IMG/VR virus record: IMGVR_UViG_3300042301_004349
Location: 32,001 to 96,000 of that record
Reading direction: 5' to 3' (one strand)
From: a virus
DNA length: 64,000 nt
The translations under genes were made by a program, and so were the position numbers. Below the pieces are notes generated by a model. That model did no database searches, was not told where the DNA came from, and saw nothing but the letters and a program-made list of their open reading frames with translations. How positions within the stretch are numbered: position 1 is the first letter of the stretch; every line of letters starts with the position of its first letter. This document shows, in pieces, positions 27,293 through 36,413 of this stretch.

Positions 27293-28321
27293 TTAATTAA
27301 GAGAATTTATATAACCAAAAACTTCTGTAAGCCAATTATCTACGTTTGGTATTGATTCTCCCAATTTATCATTCACGTATATTTGGTGAAATAGATACTT
27401 ATTTAATTCATACGAATCATTAAAAGCATCTTTTACCAACTGTTTATTTTCAGGTGATAGGAAACTTCCATCTAAAGACATTAATTTTTTATTAATTTCT
27501 AATTGATGTCTTCTTTCTACCACTGACAAATATAATTTATTTTCATTTATTTTATTAGCAGACGATTCAATAATGTCACTTAATTCAATTTTATTCTCAC
27601 TAGTTAATTCAGGGAATAATTTAAGCAATTTAACAGGTCCTAATCCACTAATTCCAGGAACGTTATCAGATTGATCACCCATCAATATCTTATAATTAAG
27701 AAAATTATAACTACTAACACCGAATTCTTCTAATACATCTTTTGGTTTGTATACTTTCTTTTTAACTGGAGAATATACTTGAACTTTATTAGAAATTAAT
27801 TGTAAGAAGTCTTTGTCGGCAGACATAATTGTTACGCTTGTCGTCTCATTATATACCTGGAATTTATTTGATAAATAACCGATAATATCATCTGCTTCTA
27901 AACCATCAATACTAATAACAGTAACTGGTAGGCATTTAAGATACTGAATCAATCTTGCCATCTGGTTGTTTATACTCTCTGTTTCTTCTTCTTTTGAGGA
28001 GAAGATAGAGTAATTTGTCATACGATTAACATGACGATTTGCTTTATACTCAGGGTATAAGTTTCTCCTAGCATTCGAGCCACCAACACCATCAAATACA
28101 ATTATTACTTTAGTAGGGTTAAGCATTTTAATTGCATAACCGATTGACTTTAAAAATCCAGTTAGGCCACCAATGTGGTGGCCATTTGGATTTATGTGGT
28201 TAATCATGGTAAACGCTCTTAGGAAAGTGTTTAAACCATCTATTATTAAAATTGAATCTAGTGATGTACGAGTGTCAGGTTGAATACTTGAGATTAAATC
28301 AAAGTATTTATTCTTGGACAT
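27293..28321 (-). CDS. 5'-3' exonuclease / flap endonuclease (T4 RNase H-like)
   Basis: IIDGLN, VFDG, YKANR, EADD, SADKDFLQL, GDQSDNVPG. Confidence 0.93.
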   Translation of the reverse strand: MSKNKYFDLISSIQPDTRTSLDSILIIDGLNTFLRAFTMINHINPNGHHIGGLTGFLKSIGYAIKMLNPTKVIIVFDGVGGSNARRNLYPEYKANRHVNRMTNYSIFSSKEEETESINNQMARLIQYLKCLPVTVISIDGLEADDIIGYLSNKFQVYNETTSVTIMSADKDFLQLISNKVQVYSPVKKKVYKPKDVLEEFGVSSYNFLNYKILMGDQSDNVPGISGLGPVKLLKLFPELTSENKIELSDIIESSANKINENKLYLSVVERRHQLEINKKLMSLDGSFLSPENKQLVKDAFNDSYELNKYLFHQIYVNDKLGESIPNVDNWLTEVFGYINSLN

Positions 28322-29399
28322 CTACTAAATTTATTTCTTTGAAATTTTCTTCCATTTCATCTTCCTCAACAATATCGAAGTCAGCTGATCCTAGAATCTG
28401 TAGCCACTCATTTGAGTGTTCTTTTTTATAGATATCAATTGCTTTTTTATCATCAGGGATAAAACCATGAACTGTCATTGTAACAGTACCTTTTGTTTGT
28501 ACTCCAGTAACGTGATTTTTATCAGCAGATATCTTAGTACGCTTAGCAAATTCTACGTCTTTACCGTCTTTAGTTGCTTTAATCTTACTAGTACCACTAT
28601 TTGATACGTTGCCGAATGTAATTACAAATGATGAATCGAAGAACATTGTATCACCACCCTTATTTTTCAATTTAGGTTGTTCCATTGGTGAATTTGGTTT
28701 TGCAACCCATACCTTATTAACTGCTACAAATGTATTTGTATACGGTTGATTTTCTTTACGAGATAAGATAATCTTTTGGTTAATAAAGTTACCAAATGTT
28801 TGAGACATTGCTCCTGCATTCCACTCATTGTTATTTTTGTTTGATTCAACTGATAGTCTACATGGGATTGATCCTACTGAGTCCCACAGGAATAGTAGAT
28901 CGAATGGTAGTTTTCCTGCTGCTTGTTCACTTAACAAATCAGCTACAAACGCACCTACATCTTCAATTGTGTTTAATGAACCTCTATCAACATAAAGGAA
29001 GAAACCTTTATAATCAATAACTTCACCTGTTTCAGGATCAGCTACAGAAGTTAATTCAAAACCCATTTGTTGAGCATGTTCCCAATTCCATTTCATCTCT
29101 GTAATGATGAAAACAGGTAGAACCCCCATTTTTTGTGCAGATACTGCTGCTTCAAGCATTGCAGTTGTTTTACCTGTATCGGAGTGACCACGTAACAAGG
29201 TTATATGGCCCATAGGAATACCAGGAATAGACAGTACGTCTTGGAATGCTTTTGAAAGCGGAATCCACCTTTGCGGTTTAAATTTAACAGATTGATCTAA
29301 GAATTTAGATTTCTTAAAAGCATCAATGTTAAATGATTTTTTTAACGATTCAGATACTACAGTCGTTAAACTGTCTTTACTTTTTGCCATCTTAGCCAT
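28308..29399 (-). CDS. RecA/UvsX-like recombinase
   Basis: PGIPMGHIT, GHSDTGKT, WDSVGS, KGG..MFF. Confidence 0.88.
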   Translation of the reverse strand: MAKMAKSKDSLTTVVSESLKKSFNIDAFKKSKFLDQSVKFKPQRWIPLSKAFQDVLSIPGIPMGHITLLRGHSDTGKTTAMLEAAVSAQKMGVLPVFIITEMKWNWEHAQQMGFELTSVADPETGEVIDYKGFFLYVDRGSLNTIEDVGAFVADLLSEQAAGKLPFDLLFLWDSVGSIPCRLSVESNKNNNEWNAGAMSQTFGNFINQKIILSRKENQPYTNTFVAVNKVWVAKPNSPMEQPKLKNKGGDTMFFDSSFVITFGNVSNSGTSKIKATKDGKDVEFAKRTKISADKNHVTGVQTKGTVTMTVHGFIPDDKKAIDIYKKEHSNEWLQILGSADFDIVEEDEMEENFKEINLVDVQE

Positions 29400-29402
29400 T
29401 TA

Positions 29403-30221
29403 TTAGTCATTAAATAGTGAATCAAATTTATCAGTTGCTGTTTCTCTTGGTTTTACATCTAGTGTGTAAGGTTGGATTGGAGAATTTAATGATTTCAAGA
29501 AATCATCTTCATCATCTACAATCGAGGTTGGAGTAGCATCTGGTGTTGATTCATCTTCAGGAGACAACCATTTTTGCAATACATCTTTCAATGCCTCGTA
29601 AGTATATTTACGATTAATAGCCAAAATGTCTGGTTGTTCTTCTAATGACTTGGTTACAAACGCAGCATCTTCAGAGATAGGAGTGGATTTTGGTTTAGGT
29701 CTTAAAGTACATTTAATACCTTTTCTACCAGCGATAACATCTTCAATTGCTTCAACTGTAAAGTCACGACCATCTGTAATGTCGGTAAAATCACCGTAAT
29801 CTTCATCACTAGCGATACCCATTAATTGATCATTTACTAGTTTACCAACTTCCCATAGACGTACACCTGCACCCTCTTCACCGCGAACGATTACTGGAGC
29901 GAAATAACGTGTTTTAGGGGAGATTTTGTTAGCTAGAGTCCAATCATCTTTATCTGATGATTTACGTAGTTTCTTAGCAAAATCTGTGATTGGGTCTTCT
30001 TCACCCCAGTTGCTAAGTGCTAAAATTGGTCCTTTTGAAAAACCATAGTGCATTTGAACTTCGCGCAATGGCCACTCTTTTCTAAAAGTGTTTGGGACGA
30101 TTCTGATCTGGTGTTTACCTGCTTTTGGTTTCCAGAAAATTTTAGTGTAGTCGATTTTTTCACGACCTGCGCCTTTGTTGGCGTTCGCTTCAAGCTTCTG
30201 CTTGACAAAACTTAAATCCAT
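29403..30221 (-). CDS. single-stranded DNA-binding protein (T4 gp32-like)
   Basis: FWKPK.G..QIRIVP, DFTDITDGRDF, acidic C-terminus ending FDSLFND. Confidence 0.8.
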   Translation of the reverse strand: MDLSFVKQKLEANANKGAGREKIDYTKIFWKPKAGKHQIRIVPNTFRKEWPLREVQMHYGFSKGPILALSNWGEEDPITDFAKKLRKSSDKDDWTLANKISPKTRYFAPVIVRGEEGAGVRLWEVGKLVNDQLMGIASDEDYGDFTDITDGRDFTVEAIEDVIAGRKGIKCTLRPKPKSTPISEDAAFVTKSLEEQPDILAINRKYTYEALKDVLQKWLSPEDESTPDATPTSIVDDEDDFLKSLNSPIQPYTLDVKPRETATDKFDSLFND

Positions 30222-30268
30222 ATTGTTTTTTGTTTAATTGTAAGTCGTTCTATGAACGGAATATATTG

Positions 30269-30300
30269 TGAATCTATGATTCTAAATTTGGACCTCCAAA
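30269..30300 (-). promoter_or_regulatory. Bacteroidota-type promoter upstream of SSB
   Basis: TTTG-N20-TAGATTCA. Confidence 0.55.
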
Positions 30301-30717
30301 TTATTTATTGAAGTCTATTATTTTATGGATTGCTGTATCTAATCGACGCAAGTCAGGACCATCTGTCAATAAGATACAATTTTTATAATCATTCCAATTT
30401 ACGATGAAATTTTTGTCCACCACACCATTGTTTAAAGTTCTTATTAAAGTATTAAGAGCATTAATGGTGTATAATGTATTGGATTCTTTTTTACGATGTA
30501 ACAAGATAGTATTAGCCATCGGAGCATCTTGCATGTTGCCCGAGTCAATATTATAAGTACATATCAATTCTTCACTTTGAGGAGATTCTAGAATGAATAT
30601 CTTGTTAAAGAGAATAGCGTAACGACGGTTGATTGTACTAACTGTATTTTCCAAATCCAATGGAGTTGTGAATGTACAGAATAATTTGTTCAAGTCTAAT
30701 TCGTTTAGTTGTTCCAT
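30301..30717 (-). CDS. hypothetical protein
   Basis: 138-aa ORF (NKLFCTF...HRKKESNTLYTINALN). Confidence 0.6.
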   Translation of the reverse strand: MEQLNELDLNKLFCTFTTPLDLENTVSTINRRYAILFNKIFILESPQSEELICTYNIDSGNMQDAPMANTILLHRKKESNTLYTINALNTLIRTLNNGVVDKNFIVNWNDYKNCILLTDGPDLRRLDTAIHKIIDFNK

Positions 30718-30726
30718 AATAAATAT

Positions 30727-32016
30727 TTATATTTTCTCCAAACCGTGATACGATTGGCCTTGTTTAATGGTTACTGGATATTTTAGTGTATTTATTATAT
30801 CCGAAATTAATTCTTTGTCTTCTTCACTATAATCAAATAAGAAAGCATCATAAGTATACAATACTAATTTTGTTTTTTTACCTTCTAATTTACTTAATAC
30901 TAATCTTAGTAATTCAACATTTGTTGATGTTTCTTTACTTTGAATTATATAATTAAATAATTTTGATCGAGTCATATCAGCATCGAACATAAATATTTTA
31001 TTATCTGTCGCTAGGTGTTTTCCATATTGGTACGTATCCCACATACTATCTATAAACATATCTACCTGTTTAAAAAATGGCTTATTTTTATATTCAGCCC
31101 AAACACCACCATATAATTGCTTGAATGTTAATTCTTTAGCTTCTTGTGGTGTAACATCTAACACTGTGGCTAATGTTTCATAGGTACTTCGGGTATTAAG
31201 AAACTCAAAGCCAATCATTTCACCAATCAATCGTGGGTGATAACCCTGGAAATCAAGTTCAATAAATTTATCGTTTTCAGGTTTAAAACACATACGTTCA
31301 CCATCATCTTTATTTAAAGCAGCAAAATTAATGCTATTAAATGTATTGGATGGGCGTGAAGTTGTTGTATATAAATTATATTGAGTGTATATTCTACTGC
31401 GATTTAAATTAAATTGTGGGTTTGTTAATTTCCCATTGTAATAATCAATAAAGCAGTTTTTATCGACCATTATGCCGTTTTTTTCAATATGATAGAATAC
31501 GTCTGCGGTGTAGAAATTTTGAAATTGAAATGCTGTATCACCCAGTGTGTGTTGTTTAATAACAGGTAATGCTATGTTAAATATTTCTTCACACATTTCA
31601 TAATGTTTGCTGATTGGGATTAAACAGTTAACATTGGGTATTGAATAATGTTTGCTATAGTAATAATTAATACAGGTATTGTCTAGTGATTTAATATCAA
31701 CTTGTTCAATAAAGTTTACATCATATAATTTGTCAGACAGTGGGTAGAAGTAATGCAATGCTTTTTTCTTATCCAACGTCCATAACTTATCTGTGTTATT
31801 TAATAACCAATCAAGTAATTCTGTTTTGTCTATACCGAAAGATTCATTATGGTTTAGACACAGTATGTATCCTTTTTTACCATTAAGGGGTCTAAGATAT
31901 ACTAAACTTAATTCAGTAAGGGAGGGATGAAAATTATCATTAAACGGGATGAACCGAATGAAGCAATCTCCAAATGCACGAGGCAGTTGCGATGATTTTT
32001 CAATAATATAAAACAT
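30727..32016 (-). CDS. minimal family A DNA polymerase-like protein
   Basis: TTSRPS, motif A ELDFQGYHPRL, motif B AKELTFKQLYG, NYIIQS, motif C LYTYDAFLFD. Confidence 0.8.
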   Translation of the reverse strand: MFYIIEKSSQLPRAFGDCFIRFIPFNDNFHPSLTELSLVYLRPLNGKKGYILCLNHNESFGIDKTELLDWLLNNTDKLWTLDKKKALHYFYPLSDKLYDVNFIEQVDIKSLDNTCINYYYSKHYSIPNVNCLIPISKHYEMCEEIFNIALPVIKQHTLGDTAFQFQNFYTADVFYHIEKNGIMVDKNCFIDYYNGKLTNPQFNLNRSRIYTQYNLYTTTSRPSNTFNSINFAALNKDDGERMCFKPENDKFIELDFQGYHPRLIGEMIGFEFLNTRSTYETLATVLDVTPQEAKELTFKQLYGGVWAEYKNKPFFKQVDMFIDSMWDTYQYGKHLATDNKIFMFDADMTRSKLFNYIIQSKETSTNVELLRLVLSKLEGKKTKLVLYTYDAFLFDYSEEDKELISDIINTLKYPVTIKQGQSYHGLEKI

Positions 32017-32060
32017 AACCTTTTTTTTTGTAGACTTAAATGTAATGTAAAGACTTTGAC

Positions 32061-32555
32061 TTAAAAAGTTTCTTCTTGAAGATAAAGTTTTATTCCAGGC
32101 ATTTCTTTATCAGCTTGTTCTATTTCATTTATATCAAATGTTCCTCCTTTTCTAAATGCAAACCTTGTATCACACCTTAATACTAAAATTTGATATAAAG
32201 GATTGTTTTTTACAGAATTATAAGTATCTATATTTATTTCCTTTATATAAACAGGGATAGTATGTATATATTTAATAAAATATCTCAACACAAATTCTGG
32301 ATTTTCTGATACATTTCCTTCTTCATCTTCAGGAGGAATAACATCATTTATGTTAAAATAATACCCATTTGCTTTATTATTTTTAACTAAACTAGATGCT
32401 AATATTAGTTGTTTTGCTCTCCCTGTATATACTTTTCCAGGATATGCTTTACCCCTAACTTCACAATAATATCCTACATAAGGGTTAAAATTTGAATCCA
32501 AATATTTTCCCCCAGTTGTATAATTTACTTTTGCTATATTTTTAGGTACTCTCAT
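32061..32555 (-). CDS. hypothetical protein (tail/baseplate region)
   Basis: 164-aa ORF translationally coupled to the hub gene. Confidence 0.55.
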   Translation of the reverse strand: MRVPKNIAKVNYTTGGKYLDSNFNPYVGYYCEVRGKAYPGKVYTGRAKQLILASSLVKNNKANGYYFNINDVIPPEDEEGNVSENPEFVLRYFIKYIHTIPVYIKEINIDTYNSVKNNPLYQILVLRCDTRFAFRKGGTFDINEIEQADKEMPGIKLYLQEETF

Positions 32556-35500
32556 TATAAATTATTAAGTATATAATCTTTAATTGTTTTGCCTTCAGTA
32601 ATTGGTCTATCTGAAGTGAGTTCACCATGTCCAAAAATTTGATTCTTTTTAAATCCTAAAAATTGTATAAGACGTGCTGCTGCTTCTACTTGAACAGGTA
32701 ATACATCTGCATCATTTTTTGCTACCACTTCTACTCCTATTGATTGGCTATTATAATTACCAGCATGCCATCCTTTACCACCATCAGGTATAAATCTATA
32801 AATTCCTCCATTTCTACCAATTACATACTGTGCTGGGTATCCTCTATCATAGAAAACTCTATATGTATGAATTGATCCCTCACGACCATCTCTTCCATCA
32901 CTTCCCGCAGTATGGTGAACAACAAACATTGTTGGTGGTGAGGCAATTGTGCCTAAATTAAATCTGTTTAATTTTGTATCATCAATAATTCCAGATTCTG
33001 TTAAAGGTGTTAAGCCTTTCTTTGATAGATTAATATCTGAAGTTCCTTTTACAAATTTGTATTCTGGGTAGTATTTAGATAAGTTTTGGGTTGATACTGC
33101 TTCTCCTTCTTTAACTAGCCTTCCTCCTGCTCTGTTATTTACTGATTCTTTCCATGTACCACTACCATCTGTGTAATTAGTACTTCTAGATCCCCCTCCA
33201 CTACCTCCATTACCTCCGTTTCCGCTTCCAAGTTTTAAAACTACATCAAACCAATTTATTGGTTCACCATCTGGGTCTTCCAAAATAATTGTTTGTCCTT
33301 CTAATTTAGTGGTCCAACCATTATCATTAATAGTATGTGCTATACCAGTTAAAATATAGCCTAATCTTCTACCAATATCTTCACCATCAGTTTTATATCC
33401 TCTAGGAAGTAAATCTGGGTGTATATTAAATATATGTCCTATGATTAGGTTTGATATACCATCTATCTCTAGTGATAATTTTGTAGGTATGATTGCTTTG
33501 AATTTGATTGGGTTTTTAGATAATGCTCTAAAAACTGCTATAAGATCCCTAAGAGCACCCTCATATTTACTTGCATCTGCTAAATCAAAATCTGCTTCCC
33601 ATCCACCCATCCAACTAATAAATTCATATATAGGTTCTAAATTAGTTAATAGATTTTGTAATTGAACACTAGCTTCATTTTGGTCTTTAGGAGTGTTCAT
33701 AGCACTCATCCTAGGTTTTAAGCGGTCTTTTACCCCCTGATTAAAACCAACCATAGTATCATTCTCTAATCCTAATTCACCACCACCTGTTTGAGCTCCA
33801 ATTGCTACAATAGAAGATTGCTCAGAAAATATTTGTGATTCTAATGAATAACTTCTTACAGTAGAAAATAAACCATTATATTTTCCTGTTGGTTTACCAT
33901 CTTCTGAGTAGAATGTAAATGTCTTATCATAAGTGTCTTGTTTTGATTCTGGGTCGACAAAATTAAGATCTACAATTCTAGCTATAGAGTCAAGTGGGTC
34001 AACATGTATATCAAAGTTATTTACATTCCCTGTTGCAGTAGCTATATCTGCTAACATTTTCTTTAGAAAATCATACAGGTTAATAGTATTTTTTTCAGTT
34101 TTATCTTCTCCTTCTAATCCAGGATCTTTACTTATTTTTAATAAATAACGTAAACTAACATATATGTTTCCTATTTGACCTAAACCTGCTTTACAAGCAG
34201 GATCTGCGGTTCCAAGAGCATCAGATACAGAAAATGGTTTTAATTTAGATAAAAATTCAAGATTATCAGCAGCATCTTCTTGTTTATCTTTTATTTCTTT
34301 TATTTTATTTTCAGTTTCAATTTGAGCTGTAATTGTAGCTTTTCTAGTTTTAATTATGCCTAAATCTGTTCCTTTTAAATTTGCTAAACTTAAAGAAATA
34401 GCTTCTATTTCTGATTCCCATAAAGTAGCATCTAAAAATTCATAAAATTGTTCTTGTTTATAACTAATATCTCCACCTATAGTCACATTAGGAATTTCTT
34501 TCCCGTTTGCGTCTTTTCCTCTATCAACAGTTGCTGCTAATTCATATTGTCTTTGCAGTTCACGAACAGCTGAATCTTCATTAATACCTGCTATTTTACA
34601 GGCTTCAAGATAATTTATAATAGAATTTATAATAGCATCATCATTATTACTAGATCCACTAGATATTATACCTTGAGGTATTACTGTGCCCGTAATTACA
34701 GTTTTAGCAGCTGCTTCTACGGTAACACGAGAACCACCAAATTCCATTTCTTTTTGGGTGCCATCACTGTTTGTAACTTGAGGTCCAGGATCTCCAGGAA
34801 CTGTTGTAGGTTCTGATCCTGATGGGGTAGTACCAAAATCTTCAGGTAATTGGAAACTTCCCCAAACATCGTTTTTAATTAAACATACTGAAGGGTTTAC
34901 AGATATTTGTAAAGGATGGCATAAACTTAATAAGTAAGGGGTTGAAGGTTTTTTTAAATTTTCAGAAGACATTGATCCTCCATTTTGATAAGGCCTATCA
35001 CTTGTTGTTACCCCAATAATCGGTTTATTTCCACCTTCAGCTACAATGCCTACTGTTATGTGGTTATTTATTAACTTACATAGAGATTCTAATGAAATAT
35101 ATTTTTGGCAATCCATATCACCAAACTCTTCATCATCTTCTGTTGTTCCATGTAATTCAATATCCATAGCAAACATATCGTATGTAACGCCGTATTTATC
35201 AGTTACAGTAGAAGAAGCACTAGAATTTCCTGAGTCAATAGATTCCCATAACTCATATATTAATCCTGAGATAAAGTTTCTTTGATAGAATTTTTTCAAT
35301 TGACTTGGAGCAGGGGTGAATGCTGATTTTTGTATTTGTAGATATCCACTTGCTTCTAATGCTACTAGTGATAAATTAGCTGATTGGTAATTTATTTTTA
35401 ATGATTCTATCATTTCGCCGATAGAGATTAAAGTTGTACTACAATCATATCCACCATCTGGTCTTGCTGACCATTTATAGTTTTTAATTATGCCTAAGAA

Positions 35501-36109
35501 CCCACCATAATTTCCTTGTGCCCTTTCCTCTTTTTCAAATAGTTTATTAAAAACATATTGATAATCCTTATTATTGTATTCACTATTAAATATATCAAAT
35601 GGGGCTTCTGGGGTAGTTACTAAATTTCCACTATTATCAATATAAGAAGTCCAACCCCATTCTAATAATACAGAATAACCTGGTCTCATATAAAGTAATT
35701 CTAAATCTTCTAGTTGAGTTATGTCCCAACAATTAAAATTTATTGTTACTTCTCTTAATGAACCATAAGCACCTTTTGATTTAACTTCAGCACTTGTAAC
35801 ACCAGGCATTGGTCTAATACCGTACAAATGGGTTTTACCATTTGGTGTTTGTAATGAATAGGCGTTTTCAGGACCCTTACCAACACCACCTCTTAATTTA
35901 TCATTGTATAAAGCACCCCCTGCTAAAATATAATTTTTAGCTAATGCTCCACCATCCCCATCAACCTCAACAGATGAGGACATCCTTAACCAGGATTTTG
36001 ATCCGTTATGGATTACTAAATCTGATAAACTACGTCTAGCAATAGCCTTGCTTCTTGCTATAAGTTGTTCTTTAATAGTGGGTGAAAATGATTGTTTAAA
36101 TAAAGACAT
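32555..36109 (-). CDS. large baseplate hub-like protein with C-terminal N-acetylmuramoyl-L-alanine amidase (Amidase_2)
   Basis: C-terminal VVHHTAG, QYVIGRNG.IY, WHAG..NSQSIGVE, IFGH after a Gly-rich linker; position in the tail module. Confidence 0.75.
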   Translation of the reverse strand: MSLFKQSFSPTIKEQLIARSKAIARRSLSDLVIHNGSKSWLRMSSSVEVDGDGGALAKNYILAGGALYNDKLRGGVGKGPENAYSLQTPNGKTHLYGIRPMPGVTSAEVKSKGAYGSLREVTINFNCWDITQLEDLELLYMRPGYSVLLEWGWTSYIDNSGNLVTTPEAPFDIFNSEYNNKDYQYVFNKLFEKEERAQGNYGGFLGIIKNYKWSARPDGGYDCSTTLISIGEMIESLKINYQSANLSLVALEASGYLQIQKSAFTPAPSQLKKFYQRNFISGLIYELWESIDSGNSSASSTVTDKYGVTYDMFAMDIELHGTTEDDEEFGDMDCQKYISLESLCKLINNHITVGIVAEGGNKPIIGVTTSDRPYQNGGSMSSENLKKPSTPYLLSLCHPLQISVNPSVCLIKNDVWGSFQLPEDFGTTPSGSEPTTVPGDPGPQVTNSDGTQKEMEFGGSRVTVEAAAKTVITGTVIPQGIISSGSSNNDDAIINSIINYLEACKIAGINEDSAVRELQRQYELAATVDRGKDANGKEIPNVTIGGDISYKQEQFYEFLDATLWESEIEAISLSLANLKGTDLGIIKTRKATITAQIETENKIKEIKDKQEDAADNLEFLSKLKPFSVSDALGTADPACKAGLGQIGNIYVSLRYLLKISKDPGLEGEDKTEKNTINLYDFLKKMLADIATATGNVNNFDIHVDPLDSIARIVDLNFVDPESKQDTYDKTFTFYSEDGKPTGKYNGLFSTVRSYSLESQIFSEQSSIVAIGAQTGGGELGLENDTMVGFNQGVKDRLKPRMSAMNTPKDQNEASVQLQNLLTNLEPIYEFISWMGGWEADFDLADASKYEGALRDLIAVFRALSKNPIKFKAIIPTKLSLEIDGISNLIIGHIFNIHPDLLPRGYKTDGEDIGRRLGYILTGIAHTINDNGWTTKLEGQTIILEDPDGEPINWFDVVLKLGSGNGGNGGSGGGSRSTNYTDGSGTWKESVNNRAGGRLVKEGEAVSTQNLSKYYPEYKFVKGTSDINLSKKGLTPLTESGIIDDTKLNRFNLGTIASPPTMFVVHHTAGSDGRDGREGSIHTYRVFYDRGYPAQYVIGRNGGIYRFIPDGGKGWHAGNYNSQSIGVEVVAKNDADVLPVQVEAAARLIQFLGFKKNQIFGHGELTSDRPITEGKTIKDYILNNL

Positions 36110-36113
36110 AACA

Positions 36114-36413
36114 TTATTTGTAATTTAAATCATTAAACAATTTTAAAACGGCTCCTAAATCTGTTGGGATTCGTAATTGAGTTCCTGGTGTTAAAAACAT
36201 GGATCCCTTGTTTATATTATTGTTTGCTGATGATATAATCCACCAATATTCGGGGTTTCTGTAGTATGAATATGCTAATAAGTCTAATCTATCACCTATT
36301 GTTGTAATAACATAGATATCATCCTCAGATAAAGGAATATTTGGGTATCTCTTTAACTTAAGGTATTTAGTACCTGTGGGTAATTGTATAATATCTCTTG
36401 TTGTGTATCTCAT
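36114..36413 (-). CDS. LysM-like baseplate wedge protein (gp53/gpX-like)
   Basis: GDRLDLLAY.YY....WWII..AN...G.QLRIP. Confidence 0.8.
   Translation of the reverse strand: MRYTTRDIIQLPTGTKYLKLKRYPNIPLSEDDIYVITTIGDRLDLLAYSYYRNPEYWWIISSANNNINKGSMFLTPGTQLRIPTDLGAVLKLFNDLNYK

Noticed and set aside
30246-30258. Small hairpin (CGUUC-AUA-GAACG) in the SSB leader, reminiscent of T4 gene 32 autoregulation
   Set aside because: Only 5 bp and no pseudoknot partner found
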